Below, in pieces: positions 22,614 to 31,274 of a stretch of 32,000 nt of DNA; position 1 is the first letter of the stretch; every line of letters begins with the position of its first letter. The translations under genes and the position numbers were made by a program. A model generated the notes under the pieces. That model ran no database searches. It was not told the origin of the DNA and saw nothing but the letters and a program-made list of their open reading frames with translations. Source of the DNA: Candidatus Paracaedibacteraceae bacterium (GTDB lineage Bacteria > Pseudomonadota > Alphaproteobacteria > Paracaedibacterales > Paracaedibacteraceae); NCBI GenBank assembly GCA_019636055.1, contig JAHBYH010000001.1, forward strand, positions 446,944 through 478,943, given 5' to 3'.

Positions 22614-25415
22614 ATGACTAACGATCTCAAAAAAAATATCCTTGATATGTGGACGGCTCTTGAAGTTCTCTCACCTCAAGCGTTTTTACGCCCGGAAGAC
22701 CTTGCTCTAGGAGACAAAAAACAAGCCCTTCAGATAACAAAAGAAGCTCTACCATGGGAGCCTCGCTATCAAAGCACAATCGATAATCATGCCCCTTTTT
22801 TTCAAGTGGTTCTTGGAACTATCAACCTTCCCCATGCCATGTCAGCTTTGCACAAAGTCTATACAGATTCAAATCCTGAACGTCGCCCAGTTCGCGGTCA
22901 TGCCATCATAGCAACATTGACCCTCGATCAAACAGGACGTCTGATTGATGAAGATCCTATTTATATCTCTAGCTTTGCTTGGGCGCTTCCTATGGCCCTC
23001 AAAGGAAAACTTGATAAGCTAGGCGACTGGACAACAGTCGAAGCAGCCCTCAAAGCAAAAATCTATGCTGCCCTTGATAAAAATCAAGATCAAGATGAAA
23101 CACCCCCAACAGAGCCCCACCAACTCTATGTAACGCACCAAGACATTCAAAATACATATGCGGTTTTACTTGAGTCACTCCGCCTGTCATCAGACATGAC
23201 GCAAGCGCCTTATTTCACAGTTAAGTCCCTACAGTATGTGCGCCCACCACTGCCTAATGGCAAAACTTTTCAGCCAGATTCCCCTGAACCTCTTTTATTA
23301 AATTCATTCTATATGGATGATTTGCAGCTAGCAAAAGAACTCATAACAGATGAAAACCTCCCAAAATTGGCAGAGACATACCTTTCTCAGTCCCCCATAA
23401 AACAGAGGTGTCTCTTAAGCAGTCCAGCAGCTCTTGTGAACTCATTAGCTCCTACCTATATTCCCCCAGGCGCTTGGCCTCATCCGGGCGGACACACCTT
23501 AAACTTATTACAGCAAGCAGCTGTGAATATGGCCCTAGACTTGAAAGATAACCCCGGACTGTTATCAGTAAATGGCCCGCCGGGGACCGGCAAGACAACA
23601 CTGTTAAGGGATATTATCGCAGCCATCATCACGGAACGTGCTCGTGTCATGTGTGATTTTGATACCCCAGCCGATGCCTTTATCGAGACGTCATTTGAGA
23701 AAACCGTAACAGGAACATCCTATAGCCCCTTTAAACTAGACCAACGGCTTAAAGGTTTTGAAATCCTCGTAACATCATCCAACAATAAAGCCGTTGAAAA
23801 CATAACGGCAGAACTTCCCGCTAGAACAGCCATAGACACATTCAGCACAGCATCATACTTCAAATCATTTGCAGATACGACATTAGAAAAAGACACATGG
23901 GGATTGATAGCCATTCCTTTGGGCAATCGCAACAACCGTTATCAGTTTCGGCGCAATTTCTGGGCGGACAAAAAGACAGGATTTCGCAACTATCTCTATA
24001 CCGTTCGTGGATTCCGTAAAAAGGGGGCCGATGTTACTGACCATTTTCCGGATGAGTCCTATCCCATTGGTAAAAAGAATGCCCAAGCAAAATGGGATAA
24101 AGCACGGCAAACTTTTCTAAAATCATTAGGTCAAGTCGATGAGGCGCTTCAAGAATTACAAACGCTATGTGAACTTGTTAATCAAGACCCTGTTCAACAT
24201 GCCAAACAAATTGAACCTCTCTTAAAAAAATATTCCGGTCAACAGATAACGCTAGAGTACCTCAAGAACTCTCAGGAGAAAATCCACCTTACCACACCCT
24301 GGGTTGATAAGAGTTTAGCGCGCAAACGCACATGCGTTTTTGAGCATGCCATGGCCGTTCACAAAGCCTTTATCGATGCCGCACCGGAAGCTATGTTGAA
24401 TAACATTGGCATTCTGTTCAGTGATTTCGGATCATCGTCCCTTGGCTCAGAAGCCGCTGACAAGCTCATCCCTGATTTGTGGTCAACCTTGTTCTTACTC
24501 ATTCCGGTTATCTCAACGACCTTTGCCTCTTTGTCTCGTATGTTCCCTCGTATTGACTCTCCCTGCATCGGATGGTTACTTATTGATGAGGCAGGGCAAT
24601 CTCTTCCACAAGCGGCTGTGGGTGCCTTAATGCGCAGCCATCGAGCCATCGTTGTAGGCGACCCCCTACAGATTGAACCCGTCATGCCTCTGCCTGACAC
24701 ATTGACCTCTGCCATCTGCAAACGCTTTAACGTGGACGATCAACAATATGCCCCTCCTTTTGCATCTGCTCAAAGTTTGGCTGACAAGATCTCGCCTATC
24801 GGGTCAACATTAGGGGAGTCAAAACGCAAAGTCGGACTTCCGCTATTAGTGCATCGACGCTGCAGCAACCCCATGTTCGATATATCCAACCGCGTGGCCT
24901 ATGGCAACTTGATGGTACAGGCAAAAACGCCATCTGTATCACGACTTAAAACCATTATTGGTGAATCGCGTTGGATTCATGTTGAAAGTGAGTGGGATGA
25001 AAAATGGGCCCCCTTAGAAGGGGAAGTCGTTCTCAAAATTTTATATCATTTACGCCAAAATCACTGCGCACCCGACCTGTACGTCGTCACCCCATTTACT
25101 ATGGTTCAAAACAAAATCCGAGAACGATTGCACACCAGTGGCATTTTAAATGGGTGGGTTGAAAACCCTCGGCGGTGGCTTTATGATCATGTAGGAACAG
25201 TTCATACAGTCCAAGGTCGCGAAGCAGAAGCCATCGTCTTTGTCTTGGGCGCCCAAGATCCAGAGCAAGCAAGAGCCCGCCTTTGGGCCGGGCAAAATCC
25301 CAACCTTGTTAACGTTGCTGTGACTCGCGCCAAAGAAGCACTCTATGTTGTCGGCAACCGTCATCTATGGAAAGAGTGTGGCTATTTCAAAGCACTTGAT
25401 GAAGTAATGAGGTAA
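22614..25415 (+). CDS. Superfamily 1 helicase, Upf1/DNA2/NAM7-like (AAA_11/AAA_12-type), with an uncharacterised N-terminal region of about 300 aa
   Basis: 933 aa. Motifs: I VNGPPGTGKTTLL; Ia ILVTSSNNKAVENI; II LLIDEAGQ; III VVGDPLQIEPV; IV-like LLVHRRCSNPMF; V VGTVHTVQGREAEAIVFVLG; VI NVAVTRAKEALYVVGN. I recognised no nuclease, PLD or methylase motif. No obvious SD precedes the start. Confidence 0.85.
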   Translation: MTNDLKKNILDMWTALEVLSPQAFLRPEDLALGDKKQALQITKEALPWEPRYQSTIDNHAPFFQVVLGTINLPHAMSALHKVYTDSNPERRPVRGHAIIATLTLDQTGRLIDEDPIYISSFAWALPMALKGKLDKLGDWTTVEAALKAKIYAALDKNQDQDETPPTEPHQLYVTHQDIQNTYAVLLESLRLSSDMTQAPYFTVKSLQYVRPPLPNGKTFQPDSPEPLLLNSFYMDDLQLAKELITDENLPKLAETYLSQSPIKQRCLLSSPAALVNSLAPTYIPPGAWPHPGGHTLNLLQQAAVNMALDLKDNPGLLSVNGPPGTGKTTLLRDIIAAIITERARVMCDFDTPADAFIETSFEKTVTGTSYSPFKLDQRLKGFEILVTSSNNKAVENITAELPARTAIDTFSTASYFKSFADTTLEKDTWGLIAIPLGNRNNRYQFRRNFWADKKTGFRNYLYTVRGFRKKGADVTDHFPDESYPIGKKNAQAKWDKARQTFLKSLGQVDEALQELQTLCELVNQDPVQHAKQIEPLLKKYSGQQITLEYLKNSQEKIHLTTPWVDKSLARKRTCVFEHAMAVHKAFIDAAPEAMLNNIGILFSDFGSSSLGSEAADKLIPDLWSTLFLLIPVISTTFASLSRMFPRIDSPCIGWLLIDEAGQSLPQAAVGALMRSHRAIVVGDPLQIEPVMPLPDTLTSAICKRFNVDDQQYAPPFASAQSLADKISPIGSTLGESKRKVGLPLLVHRRCSNPMFDISNRVAYGNLMVQAKTPSVSRLKTIIGESRWIHVESEWDEKWAPLEGEVVLKILYHLRQNHCAPDLYVVTPFTMVQNKIRERLHTSGILNGWVENPRRWLYDHVGTVHTVQGREAEAIVFVLGAQDPEQARARLWAGQNPNLVNVAVTRAKEALYVVGNRHLWKECGYFKALDEVMR

Positions 25416-25421
25416 CATATA

Positions 25422-26072
25422 TTATGCAACCTCTGCCCCATTAGGCTTAAACTTCCGAGGTTTACGCACAGGCTTACCTTGGTCAAAGGTTGCAATTTCA
25501 GCAATCACACCATTTGGAAAATATTTGATCGTATCCCCTTGCAATTTATCATCTTTATATTTCTCATGGATAGCAACCGCTCCGGTATCAGGGAAATAGC
25601 TAAATGAATCTCCTTGCAACAAATCAACTTGATAAAATGATTTTTTAGTCATCGTCCCATTGGGGGCATAAACCTTCATATCTCCATGTTTCTTACCAGC
25701 CTTCATTTGAGTTGTTGCATTTACATCTTTACCATTCGGATAATAGATTGTTGTTGTACCATCTTGTAGGCCATCAACATAATTAGACTCCACAAAAATG
25801 GCGCCCTTTTTATACATTTTAGAAGAGCCTTCTAAAACCCCCATCTTGTAAGTTTGCTCTAATTCGATGTGCCCGTCACCATCATAAGCTTTATAAGGCC
25901 CATCAAGTTTAGCTGACTTAAAATTCATGTCTTTTTCAACTTTACCGTCGGGATAAAAAGTTTGGCAGGCTCCCTCGAGTTTTCCGTCCTTAAGGGTTGA
26001 GCGTTTAATAAGAAAGCCTTTTTTCTCGTCGTGTTTTTCTATTATACCATCTTTCGGTTTTGCTTCTGTCAT
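25422..26072 (-). CDS. MORN-variant (MORN_2 / YwqK-family 'antitoxin/immunity'-type) repeat protein
   Basis: 216 aa made of repeats of about 23 aa of the form Y-(Y/F)-P-(N/D)-G-x-(h)-x...-G-x-L-x-G. Examples are TFYPDGKVEKDMNFKSAKLDGPYKAY, IYYPNGKDV...GKKHGDMKVYAPNG and IKYFPNGVIAEIATF. No signal peptide. Confidence 0.75.
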   Translation of the reverse strand: MTEAKPKDGIIEKHDEKKGFLIKRSTLKDGKLEGACQTFYPDGKVEKDMNFKSAKLDGPYKAYDGDGHIELEQTYKMGVLEGSSKMYKKGAIFVESNYVDGLQDGTTTIYYPNGKDVNATTQMKAGKKHGDMKVYAPNGTMTKKSFYQVDLLQGDSFSYFPDTGAVAIHEKYKDDKLQGDTIKYFPNGVIAEIATFDQGKPVRKPRKFKPNGAEVA

Positions 26073-26154
26073 AAAATATTCCTAATTATGATGCTTTGTG
26101 TTCCCCCTCAAGGAGAAAGGTGAAAATATATGAGGTCTAGTCGTTAGTTCCCCA

Positions 26155-26276
26155 GCAAATCTCAGAAATAAGTAATGCGGATGAATTTACGAACGAGGCT
26201 GCGTAAGCGTACATATAGTACGTGCGCAAAGCCGAAGTTTCGTAAAATTCGCCGTAGGACTATTTCTGAGATTTGC
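26155..26276. repeat. Palindromic MITE/RPE-like repeat element, copy B
   Basis: Terminal inverted repeats are GCAAATCTCAGAAATA and TATTTCTGAGATTTGC, with a central CGTAC-ATATA-GTACG. It is collinear with copy A (6032-6148) and ends 2 nt from the vgrG stop codon. Confidence 0.75.
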
Positions 26277-26278
26277 GC

Positions 26279-28573
26279 TTAGTTGATCTGAACCATACTC
26301 CCCTTAACCTGTGTCAACGTACTTGAACTACCGATCTTAACTTTACCATTTCCTGTGACTTCCATATCAGGACCACCGTCAAATTTACCTTTTGTTTGCC
26401 CCGTTAATTTAACTTCATTCCCGTCTCCTGTAAAATCACCCGTTGCATCAATTTTTGTATCTCCTGTCGATTGAAGCTTAATATCGCCATCAGCTGTCAA
26501 TTTCATATCCCCGCCAGCCTTTAACTCTAGGTCATCATCTGTTGATATAGAAAGAGCACCTGTTACTTTAATAGTCAAAGCCCCTGAAACTGTTAATTCA
26601 TAGTCTCCTGTAACCGTATGCGAAAAGTTAGCACTATTTTCATGAGATTCAGCTTCAACAACAGTAATATTACGCTTTCCAACAACATTTAATGTTTGGT
26701 CTCCCTGATCTAATTTAGTGGTCATACTCCCTTGAGTTAAGGTGATTTCCATATCCCCCTTAGTCAGAGTTATTGACTTATTGCCTTCATCCAACTGAGT
26801 AACCATATTTCCTTTAGTTATTTCAATTGTATTATCACCCTTCGTCATCTTAAGCGTATGGTCACCTTGTTTATCACCCTCTGCTTTAAGCTCAACAAGA
26901 CGGCAACCCTTATTTAAAGTCAACGTGTCACTACCAATCCCTTTACCGGATTCTTTATCCTTTTTAGCAGTCTCGCCATGTAAAGTCACCGTACGATCAC
27001 CCACCATAATGTCTGACGTATCATCGCCATCATTAATCTTAAGAGTTCGATTATCTTCAACAACCGTATTCATGTCTTTTTGGGCATGAATATAAATTTC
27101 CTCTTCGTCTTTCTTATCCTCGAACCGGAACTCATTATTACCGCCGCCACCTTTGGTTGTATTAGATAGGATCGTACTCTTTGTTGGCTCGTCTTTAGCA
27201 TAAGGCGGCATATTATCACTATTATAGACGCAGCCCGTTACCAACGGGCGGTCTGGGTCTCCTTCAAGAAAGGTAACAACCACTTCCATACCAATTCGCG
27301 GTGTCCATAATCCCCCCCAACCACTGCCAGCCCAAAGTTGTGCAACGCGAATCCAGCAAGAGCTTTTTTCATCGTCACTGCCCTTTTGATCCCAGTGAAA
27401 TTTAACTTTAATACGCCCATACTCATCACACCAAATTTCCTCACCTGACTTCCCTGTAACTCTGGCCGTCTGGGTTGAGGCAATCGTCGGTTTGGGCGTA
27501 ATAATTGGCGCTCTAAAAGGAACATCTGCCGGAAATGCTTCAAATGTATTGGAGTAAAGACGCTCCTCCCCTGTTGCGAGTAAATTTATTTCATGGGTAA
27601 CCTTATAAACAATATAGTCCTTATTCAAATCATCCCGAGGATGGTTTGTAACCGTAAATGTTTTCATCGGCGCTAATAACGGTGCGGAAGACTGCCCGGA
27701 TATCATTTCTTTGCGCCACTCTAATTCTTGAATCCGATTTGTTGAGTAACCATCACCCGTTCCCCCGTCAGGATAATATCCGGGGAATCGATAAACCTCT
27801 AAGCCTTCACCTTCTCCTGAGGCATTGCTCAGCAATTTCGTCGACGCCGTCTCAAAGTTATAATCTGCTGTTTGAAATTTTTTACTGACGACTTGTTTAG
27901 CATAACGCAAAAATTGAATTTCATCATACCAAGGATCACGGTCACTAAAAGGCGTCATTGGCAATGCAGAATAAGCAGTCTCAGCTGTTGATGAATCATC
28001 ACAAATAACCATTTCTTCACCACTGGCAGAATGGTCAAAGTAATAGGAAATACCTTCTGCCTCAAAGAGACGAGAAATGAAATCGAAATAACTTTCTCTG
28101 TACTGGACACAATATTCATATGGCGATTGCCCACAGGACGAGGTTTGATCTTTTTTCTTTGTAACCCCATATTGTCCCAAAAGATCATTAACAATATCCA
28201 TAGCAGATTTTTCTTGAAAGATTTGATGATCTTGGCTGAATTTTAATACCCAAAATTTTGGGTATAACGTTGCATAGTACTTTGTTAATTCAACATTATT
28301 TCCCGCATTATCAATATCGACGGTAAAGCCTTGCGAGACCTCACCAACAATCCCTGCAAAATACCGCGTTTCTGAGCCATATTTGAATGCAACTTTAATT
28401 TCTTTACCAACAAGATCATCAAGAGCTAAATCAAGTTTTTTGGAGTGCATCTCGAGATGGATTTCAAACGGCATCGAAATGCCCTCAACACATCTTAACT
28501 TATCAATAATCAGCGTATCCGGACCTAATGGTGTCGTGACTGTTAAGTTAAGATCAGAGTGCTTGATATACAT
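26279..28573 (-). CDS. vgrG: Type VI secretion system spike protein VgrG (no C-terminal effector domain)
   Basis: It has a gp27-like N-terminal part, a gp5 OB-fold hallmark (VVVTFLEGDPDRPLVTGCVYN) and a C-terminal beta-helix of short repeats (TLTKGDMEITLTQGSMTTKLDQGDQTL...). The ORF track starts at 28594. The ATG at 28573 (MYIKHSDLNLTVTTPLGPDTLII, preceded by GGGGGA) fits conserved VgrG N-termini better. Confidence 0.88.
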   Translation of the reverse strand: MYIKHSDLNLTVTTPLGPDTLIIDKLRCVEGISMPFEIHLEMHSKKLDLALDDLVGKEIKVAFKYGSETRYFAGIVGEVSQGFTVDIDNAGNNVELTKYYATLYPKFWVLKFSQDHQIFQEKSAMDIVNDLLGQYGVTKKKDQTSSCGQSPYEYCVQYRESYFDFISRLFEAEGISYYFDHSASGEEMVICDDSSTAETAYSALPMTPFSDRDPWYDEIQFLRYAKQVVSKKFQTADYNFETASTKLLSNASGEGEGLEVYRFPGYYPDGGTGDGYSTNRIQELEWRKEMISGQSSAPLLAPMKTFTVTNHPRDDLNKDYIVYKVTHEINLLATGEERLYSNTFEAFPADVPFRAPIITPKPTIASTQTARVTGKSGEEIWCDEYGRIKVKFHWDQKGSDDEKSSCWIRVAQLWAGSGWGGLWTPRIGMEVVVTFLEGDPDRPLVTGCVYNSDNMPPYAKDEPTKSTILSNTTKGGGGNNEFRFEDKKDEEEIYIHAQKDMNTVVEDNRTLKINDGDDTSDIMVGDRTVTLHGETAKKDKESGKGIGSDTLTLNKGCRLVELKAEGDKQGDHTLKMTKGDNTIEITKGNMVTQLDEGNKSITLTKGDMEITLTQGSMTTKLDQGDQTLNVVGKRNITVVEAESHENSANFSHTVTGDYELTVSGALTIKVTGALSISTDDDLELKAGGDMKLTADGDIKLQSTGDTKIDATGDFTGDGNEVKLTGQTKGKFDGGPDMEVTGNGKVKIGSSSTLTQVKGSMVQIN

Positions 28574-28796
28574 ATTTCCCCCTATTGACCTCATTTATTT
28601 TCACTCGATACACACAAATACTCAATAAAAATATCGACAAATTATGTAAAAATGTGTGCCATTAGCGTCACACTTGATTTTAAAATAATTTTAGATAGAT
28701 TGTTTTGATTGAGTCTGATAAACCAATAAAACTATTCTGTGATTGTGAAACGTTGAGGGAAAAAGTCCCCAACCTAATTTTTTAGGAGAGAGTAAA

Positions 28797-29423
28797 ATGA
28801 AAAAATTTGCTTTAGCACTTATTGCAGCAACAGCAATTTCCGGTGCAAATGCTGAAATCGGAAGTGGTCTATATCTTGGTGCCAATGCTGCAATGGCATT
28901 CTTGTCAAGTGATGTAACCATCACAGATGGAACAAACACAAACAAAATCGACATGGGTCGTAACCGCGCTGGTGTTGGTATGTATCTCGGTTATGGGATT
29001 GCATCTGGCTGCATGTACTATGCCGGTGAAATGGGGTATCAATTTGAAAACTCAAGCTTCCGCTTTAACACAGCATCACCAGCTGTCAGTGGTAAGTTCA
29101 AAATTGACCATTCCTTCAACTTAGCCTTCCGCGTTGGCTACAAGTTTACTCCCGCAACAGTAGGATATATCCGCTTAGGCGCTGACTGGAACCGCATGAA
29201 ATTGAGCGCGAATGTTGCTCGTCTATCCGACTCAAAATCACGCTTTAGCTTTGTTCCAGGTCTTGGTGTTGAAACATCAATCGCACGCAACTGGGTTGGT
29301 CGCATGGAATGGACCTATGACTTAGGTCGTACATTTAAGCGCGCAGTTCCTGCAAGCGTTACATTTGACGCAGACCGCGTTCACACACAATCTGTTCGTT
29401 TAGGTCTTGCATACAAGTTCTAA
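28797..29423 (+). CDS. Small outer-membrane beta-barrel protein (OmpA-like 8-strand / Omp25-Omp31 / OmpW-type family)
   Basis: 208 aa. The signal peptide is MKKFALALIAATAISGANA|E. The sequence shows an alternating amphipathic pattern with aromatic girdle residues and ends in the C-terminal beta-signal RLGLAYKF. A strong SD AGGAGAG lies upstream. Confidence 0.8.
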   Translation: MKKFALALIAATAISGANAEIGSGLYLGANAAMAFLSSDVTITDGTNTNKIDMGRNRAGVGMYLGYGIASGCMYYAGEMGYQFENSSFRFNTASPAVSGKFKIDHSFNLAFRVGYKFTPATVGYIRLGADWNRMKLSANVARLSDSKSRFSFVPGLGVETSIARNWVGRMEWTYDLGRTFKRAVPASVTFDADRVHTQSVRLGLAYKF

Positions 29424-29440
29424 TCTGAATCAGTTTCGAG

Positions 29441-29468
29441 AAAAACCTCCCGACTGGGAGGTTTTTTT
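29441..29468. terminator. Bidirectional Rho-independent terminator between convergent genes
   Basis: AAAAACCTCCC-GACT-GGGAGGTTTTTTT is a GC-rich stem flanked by an A-tract and a T-tract. It can therefore terminate both the OMP gene (+) and the Cys-rich ORF (-). Confidence 0.85.
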
Positions 29469-29676
29469 ATTCTGGAGCAGTCTCCTCATCATCATAATCA
29501 ACTGGACATTCACCCTGACATTTATTTTTTTGACGTAGGCACCCTAATTCCTCGCTTAAACTATCACTTCTATCTTTACAAACAAAATAATGCGCCTGAC
29601 ATGTAACACAACATTCCAAAGGCTTATCAACAGGACAGACATTAACGATCGACACAGCAAAAATAAATGGTAGCAT
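29467..29676 (-). CDS. Small secreted cysteine-rich protein, hypothetical
   Basis: 69-71 aa: (MQ)MLPFIFAVSIVNVCPVDKPLECCVTCQAHYFVCKDRSDSLSEELGCLRQKNKCQGECPVDYDDEETAPE. It has a hydrophobic N-terminus, 8 Cys and an acidic tail. The AGGAG SD is 7 nt from the ATG at 29676 but only 1 nt from the ATG at 29682. Confidence 0.5.
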   Translation of the reverse strand: MLPFIFAVSIVNVCPVDKPLECCVTCQAHYFVCKDRSDSLSEELGCLRQKNKCQGECPVDYDDEETAPE

Positions 29677-29746
29677 TTGCATACTCCTAGACTTAAGAAA
29701 ACAAATATGTCAAAAATAAAAAAAGTCTATATAGATAACGGAAAAA

Positions 29747-30082
29747 ATGATGACAACAAAAATATCAATTCTATACACAACAGTAACGTCATTAAACGTG
29801 GCTGAACCCATTGCAGCAAAATCAATTGAAGATAAACTAGCAACTTGTGTGAATATTATCCCGGGGTGTATGTCCATTTATGCCAAGGATGGCAAAATCA
29901 TGAAGGGGACGGAATGTTATCTTATCTTTAAAACAACCACTGATAAAATAAACCTTTTAAAAGAGTGGTTGAAAGACAACCACCCCTATGATCTACCGGC
30001 CATTCTTGAATGGGACGCAACATCATCGCCTGAATTTGTAGAATACATTGAGTCAGCCGTCCGCAATTTCGGACCAAATTAA
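29747..30082 (+). CDS. cutA: Divalent-cation tolerance protein CutA
   Basis: 111 aa: ILYTTVTSLNVAEPIAAKSIEDKLATCVNIIPGCMSIYAKDGKIMKGTECYLIFKTTTDKINLLKEWLKDNHPYDLPAILEW. This matches the CutA1 pattern (YTT...A..IA..L....LAACVNI.P...SIY.W.G.....E..L..KT.......L...I...HPY..P.I). Confidence 0.8.
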   Translation: MMTTKISILYTTVTSLNVAEPIAAKSIEDKLATCVNIIPGCMSIYAKDGKIMKGTECYLIFKTTTDKINLLKEWLKDNHPYDLPAILEWDATSSPEFVEYIESAVRNFGPN

Positions 30083-30085
30083 AAA

Positions 30086-31216
30086 ATGCAGATGACTATC
30101 CTTTTCGTATTACTCCAGGTTTTATCACGAGCATCAGCAATTGAGCCTCCTCAACCACCACAGTCCCCAAGCCCCAAAATTTTATTTGAGTCACTCGTCA
30201 TGGGCGATGATCAACAAACCGCTGACGGACGTCTGTGGTCTTTAATTTGCGGGACACTGGGTGATGCACGCGGAACATCATTTTCAACAAGCATGCTACC
30301 GGATTTTCCACCGCAATTTATTTCAACAGATTTGGCAATAAAGAGCCCATTCCCATTAGATTTTACCCCTTATATCGGCCGATATATTTGTTTTTATAAA
30401 ATCACCGGTGATCAAAGCACTGGCTATTTTGCCATAACAACACACGGAAATAGTTTCTATAAGACCCCCTTATCAACAATGAGGTTTAGCGCTGAATTTA
30501 ATGCATATCATTGGCCTGATACAGTTAAAAAGGTAAGTTTTTTCTATAACCTGCAGCACATCGGAACCCTTAAGAAAGATACCCCGAACATCGACGGTCG
30601 CCATAGCTTGAATGAGTCTTTTCCAAACCCGGAAAGCCATTATATTGATCCTGAGAGAATCACATTTACAATTCATTACGACGATAAAAGCAAATCTGAA
30701 GGGCACACATTAAACCCGGCAAATTGCACCCCTAGATTTAAACAGAATCTATCAGACGCAGGCCCATTAACACAAGTTCCCCACGCAATTCGCTTTATCC
30801 TTAATTTCAACCAATCATCCAACCTAAACGTTTCTTACCGCGGACATTTTGCTCTTAAACAATCGATAACAACCCCGTCTAGGTCCATTTTTGAATACGC
30901 ACAACCAGACACTCCCGAAAATGATGAGGGCATACTAGACAGTTTACATACAACGACTGATCACACCTATGTTTTTGATACAGCTCAAGCACAAAAAAGT
31001 GACAATTACCCAACATACCTTGATTTAGCCCGAGATTATATGAAGCAAGCCTCAAGAAAATATAATATCCCCGTCCATATACCAACAGCCCTTAGGACAT
31101 TAAGATCAAAAGGACTGATTCCGGCAAGCTCTTATCTTGGCCTCATTTTACTTGACCTACAAAAAGAGCTGAACCAACCCCCAGAAAATGTATACTATCC
31201 TGCGCCGTTAACTTGA
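30086..31216 (+). CDS. Hypothetical secreted protein (ORFan)
   Basis: 376 aa. A signal-peptide-like N-terminus (MQMTILFVLLQVLSRASA|IE) is followed by the Pro-rich PPQPPQSPSPK. I recognised no domain. It starts 3 nt after the cutA stop. Confidence 0.6.
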   Translation: MQMTILFVLLQVLSRASAIEPPQPPQSPSPKILFESLVMGDDQQTADGRLWSLICGTLGDARGTSFSTSMLPDFPPQFISTDLAIKSPFPLDFTPYIGRYICFYKITGDQSTGYFAITTHGNSFYKTPLSTMRFSAEFNAYHWPDTVKKVSFFYNLQHIGTLKKDTPNIDGRHSLNESFPNPESHYIDPERITFTIHYDDKSKSEGHTLNPANCTPRFKQNLSDAGPLTQVPHAIRFILNFNQSSNLNVSYRGHFALKQSITTPSRSIFEYAQPDTPENDEGILDSLHTTTDHTYVFDTAQAQKSDNYPTYLDLARDYMKQASRKYNIPVHIPTALRTLRSKGLIPASSYLGLILLDLQKELNQPPENVYYPAPLT

Positions 31217-31274
31217 TTTTAACTTTTTAAACTATATGTATTATTGCGGAACCATAAATATGATGGAGGCAATA

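Noticed and set aside
22614-23570. Possible PLD (HxKxxxxD) or PD-(D/E)xK nuclease motif in the helicase N-terminal region, which would make it Mokosh type II or Nhi-like
   Set aside because: I could not find a convincing HxK...D or D...(D/E)xK constellation by eye. The claim is therefore limited to 'unknown N-terminal domain'.
26279-26950. Repetitive C-terminal third of VgrG as a possible fused toxin or effector domain
   Set aside because: The repeats (…TLTKGDMEITLTQGSMTTKLDQGDQTLNV…KAGGDMKLTADGDIKLQSTGDTKIDATGD…) are the standard gp5-type beta-helix needle. No catalytic motif is present, and the protein ends with the helix.
28654-28673. GTGTG-N10-CACAC inverted repeat (CRP/FNR-like appearance) in the vgrG/OMP divergent promoter region
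   Set aside because: The arms are only 5 bp. The spacing does not match the CRP (TGTGA-N6-TCACA) or FNR (TTGAT-N4-ATCAA) consensus. A repeat this short is expected by chance in AT-rich intergenic DNA.
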